DNA of 64,000 bases from Octopus sinensis (taxonomy: Eukaryota). Shown in pieces: positions 1 through 12,167 of this stretch (position 1 is the stretch's first letter; every line of letters begins with the position of its first letter). The notes under the pieces are model-generated. The model did not search any database. It was not told the origin of the DNA and saw nothing but the letters and a program-made list of their open reading frames with translations. The position numbers were made by a program, and so were the translations under genes. The stretch is taken from NCBI RefSeq assembly GCF_006345805.1, contig NW_021832528.1, positions 62,001-126,000 of the forward strand, written 5' to 3'.

Positions 1-850
1 ATAAATATTTTTTGCTATTAGCGCACAAGTTATGAGAACGTGTTAAAAACCCTCACTTCATTAAAAATCATTAGAATAGTAACTCATCCAATAAAAGTTT
101 CGAAAGTACTCGCACACTACAATCAGTCAGTCAACATACCAAATCGTGGGGGCGTAACTCGAGGATATCGCACTGCACGTGGATCCCCCAGAACAACAAA
201 GTCTTAATATTACCAAATCCTACTGATCGAGCAAAGGCAGTTCATGACCGGCCGACAGTTCTCCATTTCCCTCTTTAAAATGACCAGTGGGTTGCACTTC
301 AATGAAACGTCCTTGTCCTTCATTTTTCTTATTTTCCCGTGTTTTAGATAAAAAAAACGCTTTTAACTAAGTTTGAATGCCAACTTTGTAGACAATAATT
401 CGTGCTACTAATACAAGACTGATTCAATATTTATTTCTTTTTCAATTAATTTACGGTAAAGTATGGCAACTGGTTTGGTTTGAGAGATATATAAATAAAC
501 GGAATATGCACTTTTTATACATTTTCCTTCTCACCGACGAGACCACACGTCTCGAGGGGATGCCGCACTATTCGGGAGATTAATTTGTGATTGAGAAAAT
601 AAATGTGTTAATTAATTAGGAGATAAATATTAGTAATACACAAAAGAATGGTCATATTTGTGTCATTTCCTGATATCTGAGCATATCACGTAGTCCCGAC
701 ATTGACTCATTGCAAGCTTGTATAAGTAATATAAAAAATGATTCAGCCGATACATAGCCTTGTTCTATATGTGTTTTCGGCAACACTGATGGTGAAGTTC
801 CTTTGGGATACACTACTCCACAATGTTCGGGTATCTTGGACAAAGTCGCT
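1..850 (-). other. probable spliced gene of unknown product running off the left edge; the 790-850 part is shared with the LRR-family 3' flank
   Basis: GC-richer open stretches separated by GT..AG-like AT gaps. 790-860 is homologous (inverted) to 10325-10385. No reliable product match. Confidence 0.3.
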
Positions 851-959
851 CACTTAAATGGGTGGGAAAGTTAGGATAAAAGTTGAGGAAAAAAATTGAA
901 CTTTGCAAAAAACTAAATTGAACAGATAAAGAATTTCAATAACGGAAATGAGGTTAATT

Positions 960-1824
960 AAGAACAGGAATGAATATTAGTATTATAAGAAAAACTGTTA
1001 ATATTTGTATTATTTTTAGACATTATAGCATAGAACGTTGTCTGAATCGTATGGGAGGCACTCATTGCATGCTTGGATAAGTAATATTCATACCTGTGGC
1101 TCCCAAAGTGGTCAATGTAAAATTTCCGGAAAACATTCGCCACACAGAATCGCTACTAGGCTATTAAATTGATATTGGCATACTCTAGCATAAGCCAAGC
1201 ATTCCTGCCTCCAAGTATTCTAAACTTGAAGATCGAAATGAATACGATATGGCTGTGAATCACTATTTGAAGGCACATTATAGACATTTCAAAATAAATT
1301 TCGTATTGAATGTTGATAAACGGACGGAACGTTTTGTATTGCGGCAAAACACTAAAATTTTGTTATACTTAAAAATACAGATATGTCAAACTCGAACAAG
1401 TCAAAAATGCCGAACGACTAAAATATTGCAATCCCCTGCAGCTAAAAAGCCACCTGTAGTAAAAATTAATTTATTTAGGTCATTACACTGTATTTAATGA
1501 TGCCAGTCCATTAAAAGTGTCATTCATAATATACATCAAGGAACCATAACAGTAACTACAAAAATATATTGACAATTATCAACAATATTTCAAGTGATGG
1601 GAAAATACGAAAATTTGGCCTTTCAAAAAAAAAAAACGTTTTTTTCTATTTTAAGCTTTTTTATATTTGAATAAAAAGTTCCGTCTGTTTGATAAATGCA
1701 ATTTTGAAGAGCCCTACGAACATTTTAAAATTTGTAAAAAAACGTATTATTGTCTTTTGATATTTACAATTGGTTAATGTAGCTTTTGTAGCTTAAAAAC
1801 TAGAAGAATCACCAATCCGATCAT
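960..1824 (-). CDS. LRR-family copy A (secreted leucine-rich-repeat protein, possibly frameshifted)
   Basis: Spliced exons read YCYGSLMYIMNDTFNGLASLNTV and WLFSCRGLQYFSRSAFLTCSSLTYL, with the same intron positions as copy E (47570-48363). Has 1-2 nt indels relative to the other copies. Confidence 0.55.
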
Positions 1825-2064
1825 TTATGATAAAATTATTCACAATTCATTGACTTATTTTTTTTTATAAATATTATATCTTTCATTTTGAAACATCAAA
1901 TAAATAAATAAAAAATATTTTATTATCACAGTAATTAAAATCCAATTTTGTTTTGAAATATGTCCACTTCCGGTGGAGCATTTGACAGAAAACGAGAATC
2001 AGAAATAGAAATGAGGATTTTCAAAGAACTTCACCTCCATTTTCATTCCGAATTCATTATTTTC

Positions 2065-3198
2065 AATCGTCTATCGGCTTACGTGGAACAAAATAATATA
2101 CTCGCGGAGGAACAGTGGGGTTTTAGACCTGGTCGTTCAACCGGTCACTGTTTCTCGCTTCTTGAGGAAGAACTGTCTCGGGCCAAACTCCATAAAGCCT
2201 GCCTAACGGCGGTCTGCCTGGACGTCTGCAAGGCCTTTGACAGTGTCTGGCACTTGGGGTTGATAGATAAAGTAGCGGAGTTGGGTGCTGGGCGAAAAAC
2301 TGTCAGATGGCTAAAGGACTTCTTGTGCGAGAGAAAATCGTTCATTCGTTGTGGAAATTTGTTATCGAAGGCCGTGAATCTGAGGAGAGGTGTTCCTCAG
2401 GGATCGGTTCTCAGCCCCTTGCTCTTCAATATATTTCTGGCCGACGTCCCGAAACCACATTTTCCTACGAGCAGACTAATTATCTACGCGGACGATATCT
2501 TGGTTACGGATGTCTCGATGTGGGGACCCCGACACAGAAGAAGGTTGTCCTGGAGCAGACTAGAACCGTACTTGGAGGAACTTGAAATCTGGTGCAATGG
2601 TAAAGACTTGAATCTCGCTGGGACAAAAGTACCATTGTTGGATTTCAATGGGTCGTGACAAAAAACCGACTTTCGAGGATTATGGGAACCTGATTATATC
2701 GAAGAACCTACGTTACCTGGGAGTAACTATAGACCCCACCGGGTCATACAAACCCCATGTGCATGCAAAGCGGAAACAAGGAGCGAAAATCCTGAAAGGA
2801 CTGAGGCGTTTTTGTCTAAGCGCAGAAACGTTTCTACACATCTACCAGACTTGTGTTCAGCCACTAATAATCTATGGTTCGGAAGGCTGGTACCAAACTG
2901 ATGAAAGGGACCTTCTAATCGCCAAACTCGAAAAAACCAGACGATTTGCCATCAAACTGGCATTCGGCCTGGAGCTCAGCAGTCCGCTGGAGGACCTGCA
3001 TGAGCGGAGTGTTGACACGATAGACGCGATCCTGGCAAAAACTCGAATTCGCTGAGGGAGATAAGACAGTCTCCTGGGGCAAAACCGAAGTTGAGACCTT
3101 CGTGGCTCTCGTTATCAAGCCCCCTAAGCTCTAATTCCTCGGCCACTTTTCTTTTGGACCTATTATATTAAATAAACCATATTCATTCATTCATTCAT
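2065..3198 (+). mobile_element. 5'-truncated LINE (L2/CR1/Jockey-like) reverse transcriptase with (ATTC)n tail
   Basis: RT motifs QWGFRPGRST, LDVCKAFDSVWH, GVPQGSVLSPLLFNIF, YADD. Frameshift near 2650. AATAAA followed by ATTC repeats at 3180-3198. Confidence 0.9.
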
Positions 3199-3242
3199 AA
3201 AAAGTATTTGATTAATAATATTGTAATAAATATTTGATTTGG

Positions 3243-4173
3243 ATGAAGTCCATTGTGGTGGTTGTTTGTGGTATCCCGTGCAGTGGGAAAACATATTTTT
3301 GTAATGAAATAATGGGAAATAACGAATTAAATAAAGAATATAATATAATCCACATTTGTTACGACGATTTAATGCCCTTCTCCCCCACCGGTGTACTCGC
3401 TATAGAGCAGTCACACGAACGAAGACTGGCAGTCCTTGAGTTGATAGAACTGATCCTAACAGGCGGGAAGTGGAGTGAAATGGAGAAAATATACAATTAC
3501 CTGGACAGCAAGAATGAGGCAAGGAAACATATATTTGGCCGACTGTCGAATATATCCAAACAAAACGTGTTGTTGGTGGACGACAACATGTACTACACGA
3601 GCATGAGGAGACAGATCTACAAAGTGGCCCGCAATGGTAGTCCAGAATTGACACTCCAGTCCTCGCTGGGTACTGCCAGGTGTATGTCCGCACTGCTCTC
3701 CCCCACGCTCTCCACACCAATAGTCGGAGGACTGTCCCTCTTCCTCCTCACATCATTCGGGATATGGCACGCAAGTTCGAGCCTCCCAGACTGGACGGAA
3801 ATAGATTTTATGAGAAATATAGTCTGGTTATTGACACCCCTCCTTTCGATTATAAACTGTAGTGTTATCACATGTTTGTAGACATCAAGTTTATTCGTTC
3901 TTGAGGACTGTCACTGTCAGGCAGGGGGGTTGTTCTCAGGATTCCACAAGTGTCTTGCATGTTCTCGAACTTTCTCTGAGGAAATACGTGGGGGACTCAA
4001 TCAGAGCATACAAGGGTAGGCCTGACATTCCAAGACTGGCCTTCCAACTTGCACTGAGGAAGAAACGAGTTTACGCACAAGTCAGGCACTACTGGATGTG
4101 TGGGGATACCACCACTCCCTCCCTCTTTAAAATAGCCGCTGACTGTTTTCTAAAAAACCACGCACAAGTCTAA
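3243..4173 (+). CDS. PSTK: L-seryl-tRNA(Sec) kinase
   Basis: P-loop CGIPCSGKT, HICYDDL, LLVDDNMYYTSMRRQIYKVAR. A 23-nt intron (3637-3659) joins to GYCQVYVR..MARKFEPP; C-terminal LELSLRKYVG. Confidence 0.88.
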
Positions 4174-4250
4174 CAAAGGAGTGAATATGTTATGAGAAGT
4201 GTACAAGGAATGTGACAGTCTTGGCATTTCAGAAGAGTATGAATTGTTCA
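4173..4250 (-). pseudogene. ACBD3: duplicated 3' end of ACBD3
   Basis: Diverged direct copy of 5886-5965. Reads F*NAKTVTFLVHFS* versus FWNAKTVAFLVNFS*. Confidence 0.7.
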
Positions 4251-4269
4251 AAGAGTATATTCTTCAAGT

Positions 4270-5355
4270 ACTTTTTTATTGGCTTTGTCTTCCGCTTGGT
4301 CCTCTTTCCCACCTCCCGTGGACGAAAAGACTTCGAAAATTAAAGCAGGACACGGTGTCTCTATTTCTGCCTCGGAAGAGTGACTTGAGTAGAGAGGAAT
4401 GCCAAGCTCTGTTGATGGACTCGAAGGAGAGTTGTCAGGTTTTGATTGCCTTTGTCTTTTTCGGACGATGAAAGTTTGTGCAGTTGCCAAGGAAGATTGG
4501 GGTAGATTCTAGTTCTTAGTTTAGGAAATTATTTTGAGGACACGTGTTATTTGTACATATCTCTTGAGATGTTGTGTGATGGAGAAGGAGAGTTTTTTAT
4601 TGGGCTATTTCTTGCAAGTGAGTTGTGGACCTGTGGGAGTATGGCTGCAGTTATCCCTCAGTTTGAAGAACACACTCGAAAACACCCTCAATGACTTATT
4701 GGAAGTTATCAGACTTGAACAGGTAATGATTTGGGTTTATTTCGAAGCAAAAGGAGGAAATTCCTCGCTTTGTTTATTCATTCGACTCCTGCGAGTGAGG
4801 TTGTCCTCAGAATGATCCAACTGCAATGTACGGCAGGACCGATAACTTTGCGTTGTCGTAAGTCCACCAGTCTATGTAAGGTCGATGTGAATGTGTTCAT
4901 CTCAACCCACGACTGTGTTTACTGTTGAGTATTCCCTTCAAGTCTGAGAGAGACATGAAGGGAATTGTCTACTTGTGAATTGGGAGTCAGTCTGTCGAGG
5001 AGGAAGCGGACATTGCTCATTGCTGAGAAATATCATGCGAGGATTTGCTGTCTCCGTTATTGACGAGGGGTCTGAACCAGACGACTATTTCTGGAATATG
5101 TGGAGAATACGTTTGCGTATGACAGATTTGACATTTATTTAAGGATACGTACTTTTGGGAGGGTTGAGACTATTTCGTGGCTTTAAGGAGAACGAGTGTT
5201 TCACAGTGGTAGAGAAATGTACTGATTTCAGTCAGGTTGGCAATGATGATGCTAAGGCAGGCTGATTTGTCGACCATGCCTCGAAAATTGACGATTCAGA
5301 TACATCAAAGGAGCCAGGTCTTTTTAAGCGTTGTTTGCATGGGTGGAGGGGATAG
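4270..5355 (+). pseudogene. FLII: Flightless-I C-terminal gelsolin-domain fragment, unprocessed and decayed
   Basis: Collinear motifs DTVSLFLPRK, KFVQLP, WLQLSLSLKNTLE..LEVIRLEQ, SIPFKSE..GIVYL*IG, EGSEPDDYFW, RLFR..FTVVEKCTDFSQ, FKRCLHGW, with stops, frameshifts and an internal deletion. Confidence 0.8.
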
Positions 5356-5374
5356 TGAGAATGTATAATAAAGA

Positions 5375-5688
5375 ATGACTATATTTATACTAACATGGTT
5401 ATTATGCATGAAGAGGGAGTTATGTTTTGTTTTAATTCCCCAAATTCAACACCCTGCAGCGATATTGGATTGTTTTTGCTGTCGGACAAATGTCGAACAT
5501 CGAGATCTTCACATACTACCGATGCTAAAGACTTGTGTACTGTTGCAGGTGTCGCACGTTCTTGGCAAATCATAATCCCTGCAATCCTATTTGTTGCACA
5601 AAGTCCATATTTTGCTATTTGGCAGCATTTATTCGACAATATCTTTTTTTTGCCAATTCTGAACACTCTTCATATGAGTCAGTCTTAG
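5375..5688 (+). CDS. possible small orphan secreted or membrane protein
   Basis: Hydrophobic start MTIFILTWLLCM, a GT..CAG gap, then an open frame with a hydrophobic C-terminus. No homology recognised. Confidence 0.3.
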
Positions 5689-5907
5689 TCACTAAAGTTA
5701 TATATTATACTCATTCCATCACATTTTGCGCCAGAATTACAAGTATCACTAGTATTTTACAGTGAATGGTTTCCATTATCAGTCTACATTAATTACTAAT
5801 CAATGATTAGTGTTATATTTGTGACAGACAACACATTACTAGTGGTCTACACAGGTCTAACAGACTACGTGGTCTATACAGGTTCAACAAAGGAGTGAAT
5901 AAATATG

Positions 5908-6732
5908 TTATGAGAAGTTTACGAGGAATGCGACAGTCTTGGCATTCCAGAAGGAATATGAATTGTCGAAAATGAACAAATAATTGGGCCTCTCCCCTCC
6001 CACCACTTTGTGTTGTCCGCAAAAGACAAACTCACTGGACCTGCAGGGGCGGAGGGGGAGCAGCTGGAGAGGACTGTCCCCTTCCTCCACTGGGGAGAAG
6101 GACAACCCGAAGTGAATGTCGTGTCTCACCGTCGCGAAACTCCACTTAACCACCCCTGCATTCTCCGGCACAAAAAACCGAATCTGCCATCATTCAGTAT
6201 TTTACCGTCACACAATTTCCGGCCATTATTGTCACCTCCTTCCTTCCCTCCGACTTGATAAAGTCCTTCACGTCCTCCCTCAGCCACACATCCGCCTTCT
6301 CCATGTCCATTGTTGAGTGTTGTGGAATGTCCGATCTACATATATATATAGTAATACATGGGAGGAGTAGTAGCAACCAGTTGGCTGAATTGAGGGGAGT
6401 GGGCAGTGAGGAGGGAAATGTACTTCCTGCGGGCACTGTCCGAGTCGACTCCCCCGAGGACTCTCCACTGATTCCTGGAATGTGCAAATCAATGAGACTG
6501 GATGTCGTAGGCCAAGTAATCAAAGTACCCCACTGCCTCCCATTTGTCCTCACTGAATTCTCCGCACTGGATTTGTTTGTTCAATGCCAATAGGAGGACT
6601 TTGTCGTTGTACTTGAGGGTACTTCCCCCGTCCTCTGTTGTGCTACTCACTCATACTACCCTTGTAAAACTGGGTGGCTTGTTCGTAGCATGAATTCAAG
6701 TCTTGTGCTCCAAGTTTGTTCACATCAAACAT
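5908..6732 (-). CDS. ACBD3: Golgi resident protein GCP60 (ACB domain + GOLD domain)
   Basis: ACB domain YNDKVLLLALNKQIQCGEF..VGYFDYLAYD. GOLD domain WSFATVRHDIHFGLSF..YLFIFDNSYSFWNAKTV. Several short introns. Confidence 0.88.
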
Positions 6733-6800
6733 GACACACGTCCCCTTAATTATATTTAATTTAAAATATTAATAAATAAAAGGAGAGTGTTGTAGTGTGT

Positions 6801-8623
6801 ATGGGCAGCCAAGAGTGTGTAAAGCGAAGCATAGCGAAACTGTTGATGGAGAGTGACCCCAAATTCCTAAGCAGCGTGATAACGTGGCTGGACAACATAG
6901 TGTGCCAACTGAAGGCGACGAACAACATAACATGTAAGGAGATTGTGTGATTGGGAGTCAATTCGGACAATTATGAAGAAGGATTCGACTTTCCGGGCAA
7001 TTTCGTGGCGTTGGTGGGTGGGACGAGTCCGGAGATGATCCTGGAGGCGATTCCGTGGATAGACATGAAGGTGTGTGAGGCGCGTGTGTTGGGGACGGTG
7101 ACGTTGGACGACGAGAAGGGTCTGAGTGAACCAGTGTGGGTGTCCAAGTGGGTGGAGTACACGGGGAGTGACCCCGATTGGAGTCGGCTGGTGTGTGCCG
7201 TGACGGACATGCTGGTGAAGGCGGAGGACGATCTGCAGGAGGTGATTGAGTGGCTGGAGAGGAAGGTGGCCTCCTATAAAATTGGTGGAGGAAGTTTTGA
7301 GAGTAATGTTGGCATGGAGGAGACGACTGATAAATTGAGGAGATTGGACGAGACCTTCCATCTCCTCGTCTCCACTGTGTCCGACCACTTGTTGATGACT
7401 TTTGTCCTCTGGATTGACCACAAACTGGCAGAAAATAGACTCACCAACGAGTTCTCATTCGGTCTATATATTTATTCATTCCAGACCCTCATGTCCCACT
7501 CTATGTCCCCGAATGGCTCAAAATCATCCAGTCCAATAACACCCAACAAATGTTCGAGGACACTCTCAGTCGATTCGACATCCACAAACTCCCCGTCCTC
7601 GTCCAAAACATCAGTCCCTCCAATGCCCTCTCCCTCGGACTCGCCCACTCCCCACATCCACAAGTCCTGTCCGTCAAACAAGTCAACCCTTCCAACCGTC
7701 CCCGACTCGACCCAGTCCCCACTTTCGTCACCGTCATTGAGTCCCCCTCCAATCGACCACCCCCCAAGAACAACCACGACTACACCTGTCCACACTGCTT
7801 CCTCAAAATGCCCGACATGAACAGTCTTAACCAACATCTCCTCGATAACGCCATTCCCTTCGAGTGGGTCAAGATGGGCGACCAAATGTCCATCATCATA
7901 GCCCAACAAAGTGACGACGAATCAGAAGAGGACAGAGTCCCCGTCTTCCAAGTGGCCACCCAGACCACCTTTAAGTTAGAACGATATTTATTCCCCCCAT
8001 TAAAGAAGTTCACTCCCTCCGCCTCCACCAGAAATGCCACCGACGGCCGAAGGATAGTCTCCGACAGTGTCAGGTCCAAGTTGGAACACGCTCGGTCGAT
8101 GAGGAAGTTTGGCAAGAGGACTGCCCGCTCCTCCACTGATGAGGAGGAAGATGTCGAGGACCCCTCCTATGGTTCCGTTATGAATCCTGGAGGTGAAGAC
8201 GACAGTCCCAAACTCAAGTCCCAGTACAAGGCACTCAAGGCAGTCTCCCGAGGAACTCGTTCTCGTCCATCGAGGAAGTGTCCCATTGATTTCTCCAGTC
8301 CTGAAGAAGAGGAAGAGGAGTCTGTCGAGAAAGTGACGAGTGCAAAGAGGAAGGCGACTGCCAAGGCGTTATTGGAGGATTCCGACTCGTCTGTCTCGTT
8401 GGAAGTGAGTTCTGAGTCATCTGGGAATGAAGAGCCCGTGGCAAAGAGGAAGCGATCGACGAGGAAGAGTGCGCAGTCCGTGGAGGAGACCTATCCATGT
8501 CCGTACTGTGAGAAAGTGTTTGAGGACCCGGGTATTTTGGGGGAACATTTGTTTGATCACGTCTACGCTGATAAACAGGGGGATGAGAATAATGCGGAAA
8601 ACCCTATTAAGAATGACGCTTAA
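6801..8623 (+). CDS. C2H2-type zinc-finger protein with acidic/basic low-complexity region
   Basis: ATG 6801; introns 6934-6957 (24 nt) and 7462-7484 (23 nt) join ORFs 6951 and 7550. Motifs YTCPHC..LNQHL and YPCPYCEKVF..LGEHLFDH. Confidence 0.75.
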
Positions 8624-8799
8624 TTAGTTTAGTCTTTTTGTTTTTATGGTGTCTCTACCTTGCTTATTCAAACAGCCTATGCCCGATCGTAATAAAACTG
8701 ATTGAGCTGATTAAATATTTTACCGGACGTTATTTTTGCAATGAGTTTATTTATAATTTGTGACAAGTGCATTTCTGGAACAAAATTACGTTTTATACA

Positions 8800-8964
8800 T
8801 TTAACCATACCTAGATGATACAGTGTAATGGCTTAATTTAAGTAATTCTGAAAACATATTGTTTTATTAACATTCATTACAGAATTTTTATTGGATAGTC
8901 TATAACGTGCTTCCAAATTGGTGAATTCTAACTAATTTGGTATTCATATCTAAATGATATAGAT
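8800..8964 (+). pseudogene. LRR-family copy B, left part (internally deleted)
   Basis: cagtgtaatggcttaatt and ttattaacattcattacagaattt..gcttccaaattggtgaat align with 47895-48150. Ends at a transposon terminus at 8965. Confidence 0.6.
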
Positions 8965-10183
8965 CAGGGTTTCACAAACTTTTTCTTTCATGATATTCCT
9001 AAAGAGGTTCACTTTATCCTAAATAATATTTTAATAAATATTTGTTAAAAACTTTTTACCAAAAAATATCAACAAAAAGAACTCCTTTCGAAAAATTAAT
9101 AGGAATAATGTAATTGTTTTTTACTATTACAAAGTCGATTAATATCAAGAATTAATCTTGTAAGTTGTACGTTATACTTTCCAATGACCGTCTTTAGAGT
9201 TAATTCTAATAAACGTTTTGTAGGTGCCGCACACCCACTTTCGTAAATTCCAACCAATTTCGTATTCATTTCTGTATAATATAGACACCATTAACGCATC
9301 GGAAACAACGGTGAATATTCTCTTCAAGGTTATTCATTGCTGTATCGTGTCCAAGTGTGAACAGTTGCATTCAGTTTGGTCATATATTGACTCATCATTC
9401 TTTCTCTTCATTTTCAGCAATTACGTCTGCAATTATCGGTCCAATTTTCTTTCCACTGTTAACTAAAAAATTTGACTAGGAATCTGTTGCCGATAGTTAT
9501 AATTGTTTCCCAACAATTCGTTATTGTTTCAGGATTTAAATTTTGCCATGTTTTTCCAACAATTATTATGACATGACGAAGATTTATTTTTTTTTAAATT
9601 AACAATTTGTAACTCAACGTCCTCAAAATAAAGAATATTTTTTAAAGAGGACCGGACCAGGAATATTCTTCCCTTGTCTTGGTGTAAAGCCTCAAAAACA
9701 ATTTTATCAATTTTGGGATAAAGTATGAGGAGAGCGTTGAATTGTTCTGGGAAAATCTGTTTGAACAGCCCCAGTATAAAAAAATTGAGATAATTTTTTT
9801 TAATACTGACACAGCGCTAAAAACTTACATAATAAAAAACCTTTATAATTTTGTACTTATCTACAATATCTCGTTCAGTAAGATGTTTATTTTCACTTAA
9901 TTCCTTGGCATTTTTGATCTTTACCTCTAAGCTAAGCTTACGAGCCATAAACAAGAATACAAAAATTACACGAGGCTTCCAAATGAAATTTTCATAATCT
10001 AATTAATTTTAATTTTATGCAAATATTATATACAATTAAAAGCCTGTGCCCCACTTAAGTTCCGGAATTTCTAAATTTGAAATTACCGCATAAAATTATA
10101 TCCTTTTCAAACTACCCCAAAAATAGAGGTTTCCCCAAAATGAGTTCCCCAGCCAGAGGTCTGCCCCAAATGAGGTTATACTG
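8965..10183 (-). mobile_element. composite DNA-transposon relic: hAT-like terminus plus Tigger/pogo remnant
   Basis: CAGGGTTTCACAAAC at 8965. Minus-strand INLRHVIIIVGKTWQNLNPETITNCW (DDE_1 C-terminal-like). Tigger-type end TA-CAGTATAACCTC at 10183. Confidence 0.55.
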
Positions 10184-10185
10184 TA

Positions 10186-10390
10186 TTAACATTCTTTCTT
10201 GTAATAATATTCATTTCTGTACTCAATTAAGCTCATTTCAATTATTTCATTCTTTGATAGTTCAATTTAGATTTTTGCAAAGTCTAATCTTTTGTCTCAA
10301 TTGTATCCAAATTTCGTCACTTATTTAAGTGAGCGACGTTTCAAAATACCTGAACATTCTCGAGTAGTGTACCCCAAAAGAAAGGTTAGC
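10186..10390 (+). repeat. LRR-family copy B, 3' flank
   Basis: Aligns with 48385-48450 and, inverted, with 790-960 (ttaagtgagcgac..tacctgaacatt..gagtagtgtaccccaaa). Confidence 0.65.
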
Positions 10391-10897
10391 ATGAATAATT
10401 TTGAAAAAAATTAAGGACCAGAGCTATGTGTCACAAAGTATTGTCTAGGTCAGAGTTTCGCAAATACTTTTGGAGAAGAACCAATTTTTGATATTCTTGG
10501 AAATTTTACAAAATTGAAAGCTCCATTTACCATCTGTCCAAATCAAAACTTCAATGATGATTAAGAATTCGTTTAAAAAATAAAATTAATTAGTTTCATT
10601 ACTAAGAGATGTAATTCCTGATATCTTAGGAGAGTTGACCCCCTCCCTTGCTCGCTCACACATCCAGTAGTGACACACATTCTCGTCACTAATCACACTT
10701 GTTCACGTTCCTCCACAATCTTTCGGAATAAACAGACAGCACACATTCAAGCTCCCTCTTAATGTCACAATTCCAACATAATATTGTATTACTCGTTATT
10801 TCCGACTCCCCAATGTCTTACTAATGCACTATACATACAATTAATGACAACTAGCTCACACATTGATTAGGACAACCACCAGAAATGAATATTCAAA

Positions 10898-12116
10898 TCA
10901 ACTATTTAAAGTGGTCTTTTGGAGTCTGTCAAGTCTATTGAGCAAAGACTGATTTTCAATTTCTGCATTGGCCAAGGAGTGTCTGGTCTCCCTCAGCCTA
11001 CTGCGGAGACTCCGATTGGCATTCCTGAGTGAGTCCTCCCCCTCTTCGCAGGCCAGAACGGACGATTGGTAGTGGACAATCTGACTCTCCAAACTGGCCA
11101 CCTTCCAATTTAGTCACACCGCCTCCACCCGGGTCTTCAAAGACGACATTTCCTGCATTTTCAAGGACTGTTCATTCTCCAGGCACTTCAGTCTCCGAGT
11201 GGTCTCCACTCTCACTAAACAAACTCATTTTGGACACTTTCCGAGTTCTGAAGGGAAGGCTGCCTCTCCCCACACGCCTCCTCTTCACTCTCCACGTTTT
11301 CCGACTCCAATAACTATATATATATTTTGAATATTACAGTTTTGGTGAGTTCTTCCCGCTCGGTCAGCAAACAGGCAAGTTTATCCTCTACGTCCAATTA
11401 GTCCAAAATATACCGAAATCCCCCGATTGTTTATATTCCTCTAATTTGGCCTTGAGACTATCAGACAGGACAGCCACTGAGTGTATGTCCTCACTCTGTC
11501 CTTCATTTTCAACAATGTTTAATAAATTACTTGTCTATATTATATATATTATTATTTATTAATTTAATTAATTATTATAATAAAATACTTGAATAATAGT
11601 ATCTCGTTGTTCTAACAGTCGTTTGGTGTGTGTCACTCTTTTGGACAAGTTCAAAGTGGCTTCCTTCAACTGACTCAACTCCTTAGGATAAATCAGGATA
11701 GCCAACATCAGTTTTTTGTTGAATGACTGATTTCTTCTGAATAAGAGTGTCCTGCAGTTCATAAATATACAATTGCTGGTCGTCCAGATGTGCCTGTAAG
11801 ACTGCTCTTTCCTCGTTATTCGTGTCAATATGTTATTCGCTTCCCTTAGCCTGTCTTGTGAGTAATTGGCCTGCAATGTTTGTTGGGTGTACTTCTCTGG
11901 TGATGGAGGGGGACTGTCCGTCCTCTGAGTTGGGGTTGTCGTCGGTTGTGTCTGTCAGTAAGGATTGCCTCTGGTCGAGATCTGCCTTTAGGAGAGTTCT
12001 GGCTTCTGTCACGATGGCTCTTTCGTTATTAATTTGTTGTTCAGCCTGGATTGATGTGTGTGATATACCTCCTCGTTTATTTTTATGAATGAGTTGACCA
12101 GTGACTCCTTATTCAT
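10898..12116 (-). CDS. unknown coiled-coil protein, multi-exon
   Basis: ATG 12116 MNKESLVNSFIKINEE, 21- and 22-nt GT-AG introns, and a heptad-like C-terminus LRNANRSLRSRLRETRHSLANAEIENQSLLNRL. Confidence 0.6.
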
Positions 12117-12167
12117 GGATTACCCACAACGAACTAATCCGTTTATTTATATTTATTTAAATTAATA

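Noticed and set aside
100-600. Resemblance to ribosomal protein uS7m (NPLVIL..ENCRPVM)
   Set aside because: The flanking uS7 motifs cannot be placed in a consistent spliced frame.
4200-5355. TGA read as Trp or Sec, since TGA replaces Trp in the FLII, ACBD3-fragment and Tigger sequences
   Set aside because: These loci also have frameshifts and deletions, and intact genes (ISL, POU, MED17) end in TGA. The standard code with pseudogenisation is sufficient.
7472-8136. Long antisense ORFs opposite the zinc-finger gene, with similar ones opposite ACBD3, the CRE copies and CNG
   Set aside because: Shadow frames produced by skewed, GC-richer coding sequence, with no independent motifs.
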